Shown here: one piece after another, positions 40,053 through 52,324 of the stretch
How positions within the stretch are numbered: the stretch's first letter is position 1
Layout: every line of letters starts with the position of its first letter
Assembly (NCBI RefSeq): GCF_006345805.1
Contig: NC_043014.1
Coordinates: 310,001 to 374,000, forward strand
From: Octopus sinensis
Taxonomy: Eukaryota
Reading direction: 5' to 3'
DNA length: 64,000 nt
Translations under genes and position numbers: made by a program
Notes under the pieces: model-generated
What the model was told of the DNA's origin: nothing
The model's database searches: none
The model's input: the letters and a program-made list of their open reading frames with translations, nothing else

Positions 40053-41443
40053 GTATTTCTTCACTTTCTTGCCCTTTGATCTACCTTTTCTTATTGCCAC
40101 CTACACTTATCATACTTTCTTTTGTGCATCCCCCTTAATGTCTGTAGATGTGTGTGTGTGTGTATAATCATTGTTTAGTGTCCACTTCTCCATGCTTGCA
40201 TGGGTCAAATGTGTATTTGTATCTATATTAGTTGTGGCACATGCTGGTGACACGTAACTGGCACCCATGCTGTGACACATAAAAAGCACCTTTCGAGCGT
40301 TGGAGCTCACAGAGGCAAGGTGGCCAATGCTGGTGGCATATGTAAAGCATCTTTCATGTGTTGGGCCTCATAGGGGCAATGATGAATGACCGAGACCTTT
40401 GCCATGTTTGAGAAGACGACCCATCAAGCTAAGTAAAATCCTAGTCATGGCAGATACTGGTGTCACACAAATGACACCCATGTCAGTGGCACATAAAAGC
40501 ACCCATTACAGTCTCAGAGTGGTTGACTTTAGGAAGGGCATCCAGTTATAGTAACCATACCAAATCACACTGGAGTCTGGTGCAGTCTTCCAGCTTGCCA
40601 GCTCTGGTCAAACCGTCCAACCCATGCCAGCATGGACAGTGGGCATTAAATGATGATGATACACCCATGTATGTATATGCGTGTATAAATACACACACAC
40701 ACGCAGTATAAATACACAACACATGTATGTATATGTTTCTGTTGTAAACACCATAAATAGTGTTGTAGTTGTTTTACCAGTGTTCTTGCTTTTATTTCTA
40801 ATGGTTTATTGATAGCAGCAGAAACTAAAAGAGTTGTGGAGCTGGAAATTCCACCACCAACAGCCGCTATTCATGACAGCTGACCTAAAATGCATTCCTT
40901 TCATTGCTGGAATTTTCTAAAAGAACCCAAACATTATTCATATTGTTCAATAATTCTATAAAATATAGGATCAGATCAGGACGGAATTGCAGCCCTCTCC
41001 CTGTTTTATCATTTCAACCATTTCCAGTTGGTCTGAACACTTCTTTCTTCGCTAAACAGTTTTGTCTTGTGGTTTGTTCTCTGTCACAGTCAACAGCTTC
41101 TGTTGTCGCTGTTTTATAAAACAAATGACTGTTGGCATTGTCTGCAATAGAATCATATATGTGATTACTTGACTTGCTAAAAATAGCACCCAAATCCTTC
41201 TCCAACCACATGCTTCTATCTCAACAGAGATAGGATACATTGGATAATATATATTCTGGATAGCTGTAAAGAAGGAATGGTCATGGTTGGTATATCTTTG
41301 GTTATAGGATTAAGACTCACCTGGAACTAATTATCAACTGTAAACCCCTTCACACTTGGCTGCCTCTCAGCCAAAATATTAAGATATTTAACATTTGTTG
41401 TTAGTTAAAAATGGATCTTACATCAGTTTTAATAGTATGTGGA

Positions 41444-42129
41444 AGTATTTACTGACAAAACATGAAACTGGTTGAGTATTCCTTAGTCATTTGTATAATA
41501 TACCTCATGCTGTCAAATTGTTTAACCCTATAATGCCATGTCCCCAGTATACTGAGAACAGCCTGAATGAAATCTCTGCCAGATTCCCCTTAAATCTCTA
41601 ACGAACAACACACAGAGAAAAAGCAGATAAACTTCCCTGGAACCGACAACCGATCATGTTGCAGCTTTGTAGTGGAGTGTGTTGGAGATCCATTGTTAAC
41701 GATGTTCTCCATAGCTGTTGTTTACTTTGGTCTTTAATCGGAAAAAAAGGATCCTTTGTGAAGAAATACGGGTATGAGGAATCCAGTGCTTTGTCTGGTA
41801 AACAAACAGGGCCCAGACTCTTAGCAGTTGAAGAAATTATTGATGGTATTTATTCTTTGGGTGAAGAGTTTCCACTTCTGCAGACAATGAGAGTGATTCG
41901 GACAATGAAACTGGCGAAAGCGATGAGGAAAGTAACAATTCAGATGAACAAAGATGCTGCTTGAAAGATAGGCCTAGGGTTGTTAGGGTTCTGAACCATT
42001 TTTTTTTGTGATTCTGTCCATTAATTTGTTTGCAATTATTACTCTTGAGCTGTGTATGCAACTATTTATGATTTTGCTGAGGAGCCCCAGGTGGAGGGCA
42101 AAGTTGGACACAACGGCTGAGAGAGTTAA
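41444..42129 (+). mobile_element. Non-autonomous piggyBac-like element, copy 1 (core 41526-42125 between TTAA sites)
   Basis: TTAA|CCCTATAATGCCATGTCC … GGACACAACGGCTGAGAGAG|TTAA; acidic transposase-N-terminus-like remnant SADNESDSDNETGESDEESNNSDE. Confidence 0.65.
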
Positions 42130-42157
42130 ACATTATCAATCGGTCTGTTGTCACACA

Positions 42158-42190
<33 letters not shown>

Positions 42191-43118
42191 CTGTGTTTAA
42201 CATCTGTAAATTTATATATTTTGCTTTTTCTTTGTTTATAGAAAAACAAACAACTAGAGTCCAGTAACAACAGAGATTGTTTTGTGTCAGCAGTAAAACT
42301 GTTACAAAGTCCATAAATAAGCCAAGTTTATGTTTTCTGACTAAAACAACCAGTTTAAATGCTTCTGATGAATATCTTCTTCAGAAAATTAATTTAATAT
42401 CTTTGTAATTAACTTATAAATTCTAGAAATGTCCATTTATGTTTATCGTTTCCCCATGTTGTTAGAAATACTGGGTGTGATGCTGCATGTTTAGGTATTT
42501 CTCCAGAAACTGTTATAGGTTTGGCGCTGGTCAGTGTCACCTGTTAACTGGCCATCTATCATTGGTTGTCATAGAAACTATTTCCTGCAAGAAGAGTTGG
42601 AACTAGCAATGTAATGTTTAGTCCAGGATCACAGCACAGTGGCAGTAGCAGGGTATGAACTGCTCAACCTCTGGTTGGTAGTCACACATGTACATCTGTA
42701 TACTCACACGCATACATATCATCATCATCGTCGTCATCAATTAACATCTGTTGTCCATGCTGGTATGAGTTGGACGGTTTGATCAAAGCTGGCATGCTGG
42801 GGATCTGCACTAGACTCCAGTCTGATTTGGTATGGTTTCTATGGCTGGATGCCCTTCCTAATGCCAACCACCCAGCAGAGTGTGCTGGGTGCTTTCACAT
42901 GGTACCACATGGGCTCTTTTGCTTGGCACTGTACCGGATGATGTATCAATCACACTAAAAATTGATGACAATATTGTTACTTAACTTTATTCAAGATTAT
43001 GATCATTGTTGCTGATGATGATGATGATGATGATCATCATCATCATTTCTGATGGCCAGAGGAACATGTTACATTGCTTTGTATGCATAATTAATTGACC
43101 CTAAACTTATTCTGGTAG

Positions 43119-43157
43119 ACTTTTCAGAGTTTCCAACAAATATATACTGTGGTGGAG
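43119..43157 (+). CDS. Candidate USF cassette microexon (39 nt from 43119 or 30 nt from 43128)
   Basis: ctaaac branch-like motif, acceptors ctggtag| or ttttcag|, donor GAG|gtgagg; phase 1-1; (DFS)EFPTNIYCGG. No homology support. Confidence 0.25.
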
Positions 43158-44199
43158 GTGAGGTTTGATAATTCGGTAGCTGGAGACTATAGATAGCTGA
43201 CATGTTCAATTATCTTCTTTGATTTAGTATGAACTTGCCAAATTCACACTCCCTGACAGGTCAAGAGGTCATCAAGTTTTAAAATATGTGAATAGAGAGG
43301 AAAGCAAATTATTACTGTACCTCCACTATTCTAATCAATGGCAGGGAAATATGCATAAAGGTTAAAACAGAGAAAAGAGTGAGATGTGGGGTCTACTACA
43401 TGGATATTAAAAGTATGTAAAATTCTAAGTTAAATGTCAACTTCTATAATCCATTCAAGAAATATTAGGTCTACAGTTAAATTGAATTAATCGAATAAAA
43501 ATAGAGGCAGTAGTTTAGGATTAGATTAAAGATTAATCAAGTAGGGGTGAGAGAATCCATAAGAAGAGAACTTAGGTAAATTGTTTATTTAGGATTTTTA
43601 TGTGGAAAGTTTAGGAATATTTTATTAAATAAATGTGAACTGTGGCTTAAGAACTTGTGGTTCTTTGTAATTAAGTTGAATTTACCATTGAAAATTTCCA
43701 GCACCTCCATTGCCACCTGTATTAGGAAGAGCACTATCTACATGAAATGAAGTAGTCTGTATCCATTCTTAGAGATCCCAGGTGAACTTGGCCAATTAAG
43801 TGCAGTTTCCCTTTTGTATGGTTATGTTATCTAGTCTTGCACTTTGAAGTGGTAACACCTATGTAATAACACACACTCAGGTGTTTTGACCAAGCACTTA
43901 TATAAAAGATTATTCTTCAGATATTGGTTATCTAAAGGACATTTATCATGGTGCCTACAGTTACACATTCTATTCGGTATGTAGTCATAAGAGGCCTTAT
44001 TTACTGAGAGCTATGTGCTATACTGTAAACAACACCAGCTGCAGTATAGGTAGAAGTAGTTTCTGATAGAGGGTCTTACTGTCAATTAAGGCCCTCCATC
44101 AGCTTTTGCACCTTTAATGCAGTTTTATGTATGATTTATGTTTTCTGATAAATTCTCCATTTAACCATCTTTCATTTTGTCTTTGGTTCCTTCTGGCAG

Positions 44200-44345
44200 G
44201 AATGACTGGGTCATATGAGGTCGGAGATTGTTTCTCTGCAGGTCAGGTGACCTATCGTGTTGTACAGGTGACACAAGATGGTAGTGAAGCAACTGCTCAG
44301 GTAGTGTCTACCACAGGGTTTCCCGCTGGTGCTCAAGTTGCTCAG
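44200..44345 (+). CDS. USF: USF exon 3 (…GQVTYRVVQVTQDGSEATAQVVSTTGFPAGAQVAQ); 5' boundary 44200 or 44242
   Basis: Conserved GQVTYRVVQV motif; acceptors ttctggcag|44200 and tttctctgcag|44242 (both phase 1); donor CAG|gtgggt. Confidence 0.88.
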
Positions 44346-44835
44346 GTGGGTGACATTTAGTATCCATAACCTCTCTTTCTCTCTTGCTCTCTCTCTCATG
44401 CAAACAAAAGCATTCTAATTTTGCATAAATTTCATATTTGATATTTTAAAATATTGTGTTAAGTACCATACGTAACACTAACTCCCTTCTTTATCCTTAA
44501 AACTCTTTAGCAAGAGAATGAACGTCACAACATTGTATATCTCCTCCTCCTCCCTAGTTTCCACAACCTACTAAGAAACAATTATTGTTTCTTTGAAATC
44601 CATTTAGGAACCTTTTTCAAGGGGTCACAGCTTCAAAGTTTTTTTTCTATCCACATCATCTGTATATTCTAGCTTAGTCTGTCCAACTGAAACAGGTTCC
44701 ACTTCTTGTTAACAGTAGTGGGGGGTGGGGATAGGGTTCAGCTATCTGTAATGTTTCTTGCTCCAATAATATGGACAAAAATCTATCTCCATTATATTGC
44801 TGCGAGAAACTGAATGCAAAAATTATTATTGTTAT

Positions 44836-45025
44836 TAAGGTTGCAAGCTGTTAGAGTCATTAACAAGATGCTTAATGGCATTTCTTCTCGCTCTTTACAT
44901 TCTGAGTTCAGATTCTGCCTCGGTCAACTATGCCTTTCATCCCTCCAGATTTGAGAAAATAAAGTACCAGTCAGGTACTAATTTTGATGTAATTGACTAA
45001 CTCATTTCCCTAAAATTGGTGACCT
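44836..45025 (+). mobile_element. tRNA-derived OR/OK-like SINE
   Basis: ttctgagttcagattctgcctcggtcaactatgcctttcatcc. Confidence 0.75.
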
Positions 45026-45349
45026 CATCATCATTTAATATCCGCTTTCCATGCTGGCATGGGTTGGACGGTTTGACATGAAACTGGCTTGCAGGGGGCT
45101 GTCCAGACCCCAACTCACTGTTGTGGCATGGTTTCTATGGCTGGTTCCCCTTCCTAATGCTAACCAATTAACAATGTATCAGTGCTGGGTATTTTTTACG
45201 TGCCACCCGCACTGGTACATTTTAAGTGTCAATGGCATCTGAAAAGACTAGCCTGTATGTGTGGATGACAGTGATTTTATTTAGCTTGACACTTCTCAAG
45301 TACAGCAAATTTCCACGTCTCCCAGTCCTTTGTCATTTCTTTAGTGAAG

Positions 45350-46235
45350 CTGAATATCCGAAAATCCTTTCTCATCACCTCATCCCACATCTTTCTGTGT
45401 CTACCCCTTCCACAATTAGAGCTCAGCACTTCTTTGCACAGCTGTCCTCATCCATACATACTGCATGACCAAACCAGCACACTCTTCTCTCTTGCACGCA
45501 ACATCTGAGGCTTCTTATACCCAGCTTTCCTCTTAAATCATTTACACTTTGTCGTGTGTGCACCCTGACATTACCCATCAAGTGGAGCATGCTAACTTCA
45601 TTTCTTTCAACCCTTCGCAGGTCCTCTGTAGTCAAAGCCCATGTTTCACTGTCACGTAACATAGTTGTACATACACAGACATCATACAATTTGCCTTTTA
45701 CTCTGAGGAAGTGGCCCTTACTTACCAACAAGGGTAGAAGCTCCCTGAACTTCGCCCATCCTGTTCTTATCCTGGTAGCTACACTTTCAGAAGAACTCCA
45801 CCACTGCTAACTTGGTCTCCTAGGTAACAGAAGCTATCTGCTACTTCTAATAATTTCCTGTCGTCTGTCCATTTCTAGTGCTTACTATAACACTCCACAT
45901 TTGCCACACACACAGAGACTATGTTTCCCATTAACCATCCCTTGACCTCTTATGTGTTCAAGGCTTCCACTGAGTACAATGTATGGAGTTTCTACCAACA
46001 CCCTTCTTACATATTGAACAGGGCCATCTCCCTGAAGGGACTTATGATTTGTCTGTTTTCCTACTTACTAGGACTTTGGTTTTTGCTAAATTAACTGTAA
46101 GACCCTTAATTCCAGACCTTGTTTCCACACCAGAAATTTCTTCTCTCGCTCAGTTTGTGATTCAGCTATAAGAACAAGGTCATCAGCAGAGAGGAGCTCC
46201 CAGACACAGCAGATCTTGAATTCCTCTAAGGCTTG
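45350..46235 (-). mobile_element. RTE LINE 3' half
   Basis: LRVKGKLYDVCVCTTMLRDSETWAL…RRVCWFGHAV. Confidence 0.88.
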
Positions 46236-46559
46236 GAGAACCAAGATACGCAGGAGGGGGCTGACAGCCTTGGTTGACTACAGAGTCTTTTGTGCTAAAA
46301 TTCAAAACTATTATAGGTGTATTATATGTATTGTTATCATTATTTAACATCCCTGTTTTATGCTGGTATGGTTTGGCTGTTTGACAGGACCCAGCTAGTC
46401 TGAGGGGTTGATCACCAATGACTTCTTTGCCAAGGTTTCTACAGCTGGACGTCCTTCCTAACTCCAATTCCTTTACAGCATGTACTGGATGTTTTTTTCG
46501 CATGTCACTAGCACTAGTGGTATCACCATGTAACTTGCAAGACAAGACCCTTTTCACAG

Positions 46560-47830
46560 AATGGCGTTGCAGTGTTGTATGAGATAGTTTTCTTCTTTCT
46601 AGCCTTTGCATGTCTACATTCACTGCTCAGGTTCACTACATGTAGTATTGCTATTTGTATGCAAGTATTATTCCATCTGTCTTTCATCTTCAGAGAGAGA
46701 GAGAGAGGTCTTTTGTTACCAACAGAGGTAAAAATTCTCTGAACTTTCCCCAACCAGTTTGTATTCTGGCAGCTATACTTTACGAATTAGGTTATCAAAA
46801 TAAGAGAAACCGTTTGCTGCCTTTAAGGATCCTCTTTAAGGGCATTCAACGAAACCTATTTTCCCTGTGTTCTTAGTGTTTATTACTCCTACACATCTGC
46901 CACTGACAAAGTCTACTTTCTCTGTTAACCTTCCAGTGATTCCACTCCACTTCTTGTGTGCCCGTACTTTGTATTGGGTACACTGTATGAAATTCCTACC
47001 AATATCTTTACTACATATTGAGCTGTGCCATTGTCCTGATCGATTAGGAGGCATATTACCTGTTTTCCTGTCTTCTAGCACTTAGGTATTTTATAAGTTA
47101 ACTTTAAGACCATTTGATTCCTGGCTGTGCTTCCACCCCTGGAATTTCTTTTCTAATTCTGCTACCATTTCAGCTATAATAACATAGTTATCAACATAAA
47201 CATGTTCTTACAGGTAATTGGTTTTAAACTCCTCTGTTATGGTCTGGAGGACAACGATAAACAAGATGGGGCTGAGAACTGAACCGTGGTGAAGTCATGC
47301 CAGCACACTAAATTCATTATTGCACTTTTTGCTAACTTTCACCTTTGTACATGGGTAATACAGCTCTAATCTGCCATTCATAGACTTCTAGCTTCCACAG
47401 CAAATGTCAGATCAAGGAGCAGAGGATTGTGTCAGAGGCTTTCTCCAGGTCGACAAAAGCCAAGTCCAGCAGCTTACTTTTGGTTAAATACTACTGTAAT
47501 TGCCTTGCTATAAAAAAAAGCACTGGTGATACTTCTCCCTGGTACAAAACCAAAGTGCATCTCAGCTAATCTTACTTTCTTCCTGAGTAGTTAATGGTAT
47601 AACTCTTTCTGTAATGTTCGTGGCCTGGTCCAGCAATTCAATTACTACTCTCTAAGACATCCCCTTTAATTTTGTAGCATTTGACTATAATGTTCCTGCT
47701 ACACAAGTTGTTGGATATGGTAACTCCCTGTACAACCTGACTAGGCCGTATCTCACTCTGCCAGACATTTCAAGCATCTCAGTGCTAATTCTTCTTGGAC
47801 CAGGAGATTTCAGTCTTCATGTCCTTAATC
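46560..47830 (-). mobile_element. RTE LINE fragment (RT region)
   Basis: CSICSKDIGRNFIQCTQ…; atgcactttggttttgtaccagg (MHFGFVPG) on the minus strand. Confidence 0.82.
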
Positions 47831-48227
47831 GCTTTGTGTGTGTGTGTAACAATGTGAGGTTAGCTTAGTGTACTGTAGTGATTGTGATCAGAACAAGGTG
47901 TTGGGTGACAGCTATGTTAATGATTAAAATTAATTTGGTGATACATAGCTGTCATGACTAACCAATTAGCTAAACATCATGTTGCTCTTCTAATCATAAT
48001 TAATTCAATAGCCTCAAATTTTTTGAATGTTGTGACTGATCAAGTCAGTGGCCATGACCCTCTAATAAATTGAATTAACAATCAAATTAGTTGAGGCCAT
48101 AATTTTTTAGTCACTTTTTTAATTAACCACTGTAATCCTCTAATCATCAAATTAGTTGTTTAAAAACCCCTCACTAACCGTTCTATAACATTGTTTGTTG
48201 CAATTTTTTATCTGTTTCTCTCAACAG

Positions 48228-48396
48228 GCTGTTATTCAGACCCCTTTCAGTAACGGAGGAAGTCCAACACCTGAAAGCCAGACAGAAACAAGGTTTACAT
48301 ATTTCCCAACTTCTGGGTCGACAGGAGAAAGTGCAGTAGCATCACCAGCAGAGGTGCCAACTGCCACAGCAATTGGACCTGTCACTGCAGCTGGAG
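48228..48396 (+). CDS. USF: USF exon 4 (AVIQTPFSNGGSP…ETRFTYFP…AAG)
   Basis: ctctcaacag|169 nt|gtaagt; matches USF AVIQNPFSNGGSP..EARFAYFP. Confidence 0.95.
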
Positions 48397-49264
48397 GTAA
48401 GTCTCTCTCCCCCCACACACACAGCAACAAACATTGTGTGTTTGTATCTATTGTGGTGTATAGCAATCAAAATCTGTGGATTTCAATGAACCTAACTGCA
48501 AAACAAGCCCAAGCTGTAGTACTACTGTACTTCACAGGCAAGTAGGGATCAGTAGAAGGGACACACCTAAGTTTTGAAACACAATTGTTCAATGTGTTGC
48601 TCTTTTTGTGGATGCTTAACTTCCTTGAAATAGTAGCTAAATGTCTCTCAAATTACACAGTCCCACCTTAAAAAATGAATGACTGTGTTGGAGATGCAGT
48701 CCAAGATATATAAACAGACCAGCTGATGATGGCTGGAACACTTTCTGGTTTTTGAATAGAAAACTTCTTTATTATTATTATAATGCTTGATGACAGAGAG
48801 GAGTTGTCATTTTTCTGTGGCCCCTTTTTTTAGGGGCCTTGAAGATTAATGAAAGAAAGTTATCCTCAAGTCTGTTTCCAATAAACTCTGTTCAACACAA
48901 TCCTGACCGATTAGTGATGATGGAAACTATTCACCCTCGCAGCCTCTTATTAACGAACCATTTTTGTTCAAGGCATCAACTTCATTATAGCAAAGCGATT
49001 TTACTAAATCCTGCCGGACATGAAGGCAGTTTTTCTGACCAAAGTATTTCCATTTTGATTTTTGAATCATTTTCTAATGGCTGAGAATAAGAGGGACAAT
49101 GTTAACGATCTTATTTTAAGGTCTTCACTCGTTTGTGGCAAGGAGATCTAGCTTGAATTCTTGCGACAGTCTTTTTCCCTTTCATACCTTTTAGGTGACC
49201 ACTTCAACTGGTGTTCATTGGATTGAGTCCATTGTTTTTATTTATTGTTTTTCAACGTTTTTAG

Positions 49265-49399
49265 GTCAGTTCTATGTGATGATGTCTCCTCAGGATGTCC
49301 TTCAGAGCCAACGTAATATTGCTCCCCGAACAAACTACAGCCCTAAATTAGATGGCAGATCGACACGTGACGACCGTAGGCGAGCAACACACAATGAAG
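49265..49399 (+). CDS. USF: USF exon 5 (USR region and start of basic region)
   Basis: tttttag|GT CAG TTC TAT GTG ATG ATG…AAT GAA G|gtgcac; GQFYVMMSPQDVLQSQRNIAPRTNYSPKLDGRSTRDDRRRATHNE. Confidence 0.96.
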
Positions 49400-50746
49400 G
49401 TGCACTATTTCATTTATTTTTGTTTTAATTTGTTTACAGTTTTCTATAATAGATTTCTTCTAACTCACTCTCTATGTGAGTTAGGGGACAAAAGGGGAAA
49501 AGAAAATTTTAACTGGTGAATTTAGTGTAGCAGGAAAAAAGGCAACAAAGTATTGAGGGTTCAGTAGGAAGGTGAAGGGGTTATCCGTAGCTGCCACTCC
49601 AACCTGACCCCTAAGCATGGCTGGATCACACATTGACATTCTTGCTCTGTGGGCTTCCCTTAAGCACAGGTTAAATATATGAATATTTTTCAATTCAACA
49701 TGTTGAACATACGCAAATCAGTGCAGATGATGACGGCAAATATGGCAGCTGTCATAACTTCAAGTAGGCAACTGAGGTACGGAGTTGTAAAAGACATTTC
49801 TGTACTTATCATCATCATCATCATCATCATCATGTTGGGATGGGTTTGACTAAACTTATTGAAGCCGTATCCTACAACAAAATGTCCTTCTTCTTGTCAT
49901 CAAGCTTTGTTTCCAAGTATGGCATATATTCCACTGGTCTTTCTCAGGATAAACCGCTCAATGCCCAGATATGGTTTTGTGATGATGTAAATACAGACAA
50001 TGCCACATACCCAGTGGCATTGTCTGTTTCTGGTAAATAAAGAGAAAACCCTCTCAAACAGGTGTGTGTGTGGAATCTAGCAAGTGATAAATACATAATT
50101 CAAATCTTTTGGGTGAAATTTTTTTTCAATGTATAGTGTGTGTGTGTGTGTGTATATTGTTTTAGATTTATTTTTCGTGATGTTTGGGTGAATACAGTCA
50201 TTGTCTTACAACCGGATGCTCCTTTTGTCACTAACTTTTATGTTTTTCAAGTCAGGATTTTTTTTTCCCCACTCACCTTTGAAGGTAGAGATTCAAACCA
50301 CATTTCTGTTGGCTGGGAATATCAACAAATATTGCTAATGTTTTGGTTCATTGCTTTTTCATGCACAGAACATATTGTAAACATTCACACAAACCCACTT
50401 AGATGTGTGTATATCATCATCATTGTCTGTTTTCCATGCTGACATGGGTTGGATGCTTTGATGGGAGCCGGCAAGGCAGAGCACTACACTCAGCTTTGGC
50501 GTGGTCCCTACGACTTTGTGTCCTTTCTAACATTAACTACTTTACAGTGTACTGGGGATTTTTTTTTATGTGGCCCCAGCACAGTCACCAAGTAACTTCC
50601 AAAACAAAGGCTTCTCGACTGAGAGGTGGGGTACTGGGGAAGGTGGCTTTGTGCCAAGGCATACCCTCAAGATACCCAGCGGTGAGTGGAGTGATAAAGA
50701 GGATTGGACAGGATGAGTGAGTGGTGAACATAGATATAGAGAGGAG

Positions 50747-50784
<38 letters not shown>

Positions 50785-51210
50785 TATATATATACATACG
50801 CACACACATGTGTGTGTGTTTGTATACACAACAGGTTTCCATACAGTTTGTGTTTACCAATTTCACTCAGAAGGCATTAATTGGCCCCAGGCTACAGTAG
50901 AGGACACTTACCCAAGGCATCACACTGTGAGATTAAAACTTGACCATATGTAATGAAGCAAAGTCCATGTGTGTATGACTCAGAATGGCCACCACCCCAG
51001 GGCTGACACTGGTGGAAGTAAAAGAATGTTTATTATCTTAATACACTGAATGAAATGCACTTTGCCTAAAGGGATTCTGATACAATGACATTATCATGGT
51101 CAGGTTTACTCAGCTAAATGATATGCATTTAAAAATTGGATTGGGAATGGGGATGAAAGGGACTTTGCACATGAATTTAAAAACTTGTGTTTTCATTTTG
51201 TTGAGAGCAG

Positions 51211-51305
51211 TGGAGAGACGGCGGCGTGACAAAATCAACAATTGGATTGTTCATTTATCCAAGCTGGTCCCTGAATGTGCTCAAGACCATTCCAAACAAG
51301 GACAA
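51211..51305 (+). CDS. USF: USF exon 6 (basic region, helix 1, loop); alternative end at 51314
   Basis: gagagcag|TG GAG AGA CGG…GGA CAA|gttagt; VERRRRDKINNWIVHLSKLVPECAQDHSKQGQ. Confidence 0.96.
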
Positions 51306-51404
51306 GTTAGTGCAGTAAGTGTTTCTCATTTTCTTGTTTCTAAATCCTGTTCCATGATCCATCCACGGTTTCAACACTTCCGTCTCTTTACGTGTTTCTT
51401 TCAG

Positions 51405-51626
51405 AGCAAAGGTGGAATTCTGGCAAAAGCATGTGAATATATTCAAGAACTTCGGACGGCAAATGCTCGTATGGCTGACAGCCTTAAGGAGACAGAGCGG
51501 ATATCTGTTGACTGTGACTTACATCGACAACAGTGTGAAGAACTAAAACAAGAGAACTCTATACTACGTGCTACACTTCAACAGCATGGTATTGTCATCC
51601 CAGACCTGACAGGGAGTACATCGTGA
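51405..51626 (+). CDS. USF: USF exon 7 (helix 2, leucine zipper, stop)
   Basis: tttctttcag|[73 protein letters not shown]. Confidence 0.97.
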   Translation, partial: SKGGILAKACEYIQELRTANARMADSLKETERISVDCDLHRQQCEELKQENSILRATLQQHGIVIPDLTGSTS

Positions 51627-51739
51627 GGCAGGGACAGCTGTGTCTTCACTGTCACTCTCTTTTACACCTCTCAACAAAACTATCACCACCACCCCTCCCC
51701 TTCCTCCTCACCACAAATCTATCCAACATTATTATAATA

Positions 51740-51765
51740 TACACACATGCACATATACATACACA

Positions 51766-51815
<50 letters not shown>

Positions 51816-52262
51816 TACATACATATATATACACATATATACATACATATACACACACATATATATACATGTACATATATATACACATATATACATACAT
51901 ATACACACACATATATATACATGTACACATATATACATACATATACACACATACATAAATATATATATAGACATATACACACATATACATAAATATATAT
52001 ATAGATACATACACACACACACATATATATATATATACACACATATACATAAATATATATATAGACATATACACACATATACATAAATATATATATAGAC
52101 ATATACACACATACATAAATATATATATAGATACATACACACACACACATATATATACATACATACATACATATATATACATATGCATACATATATATGC
52201 ATATACATACATATATACACACATATATATATATATATATATACACATATTTATAAAATATA
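51740..52262. repeat. ~520-bp compound CA/TA minisatellite just after the USF stop
   Basis: Higher-order unit such as acatatacataaatatatatatagacatatacac. Confidence 0.95.
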
Positions 52263-52324
52263 TATTAAATAGTGCAATACAAAAGTATTGCTATCCATTA
52301 CAAGAAAGCACCACAAGGTTAAAG

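Noticed and set aside
41656-41964. 102-aa ORF repeated at 63477-63785
   Set aside because: Lies within the duplicated transposon-like element; the informative acidic remnant is in another frame.
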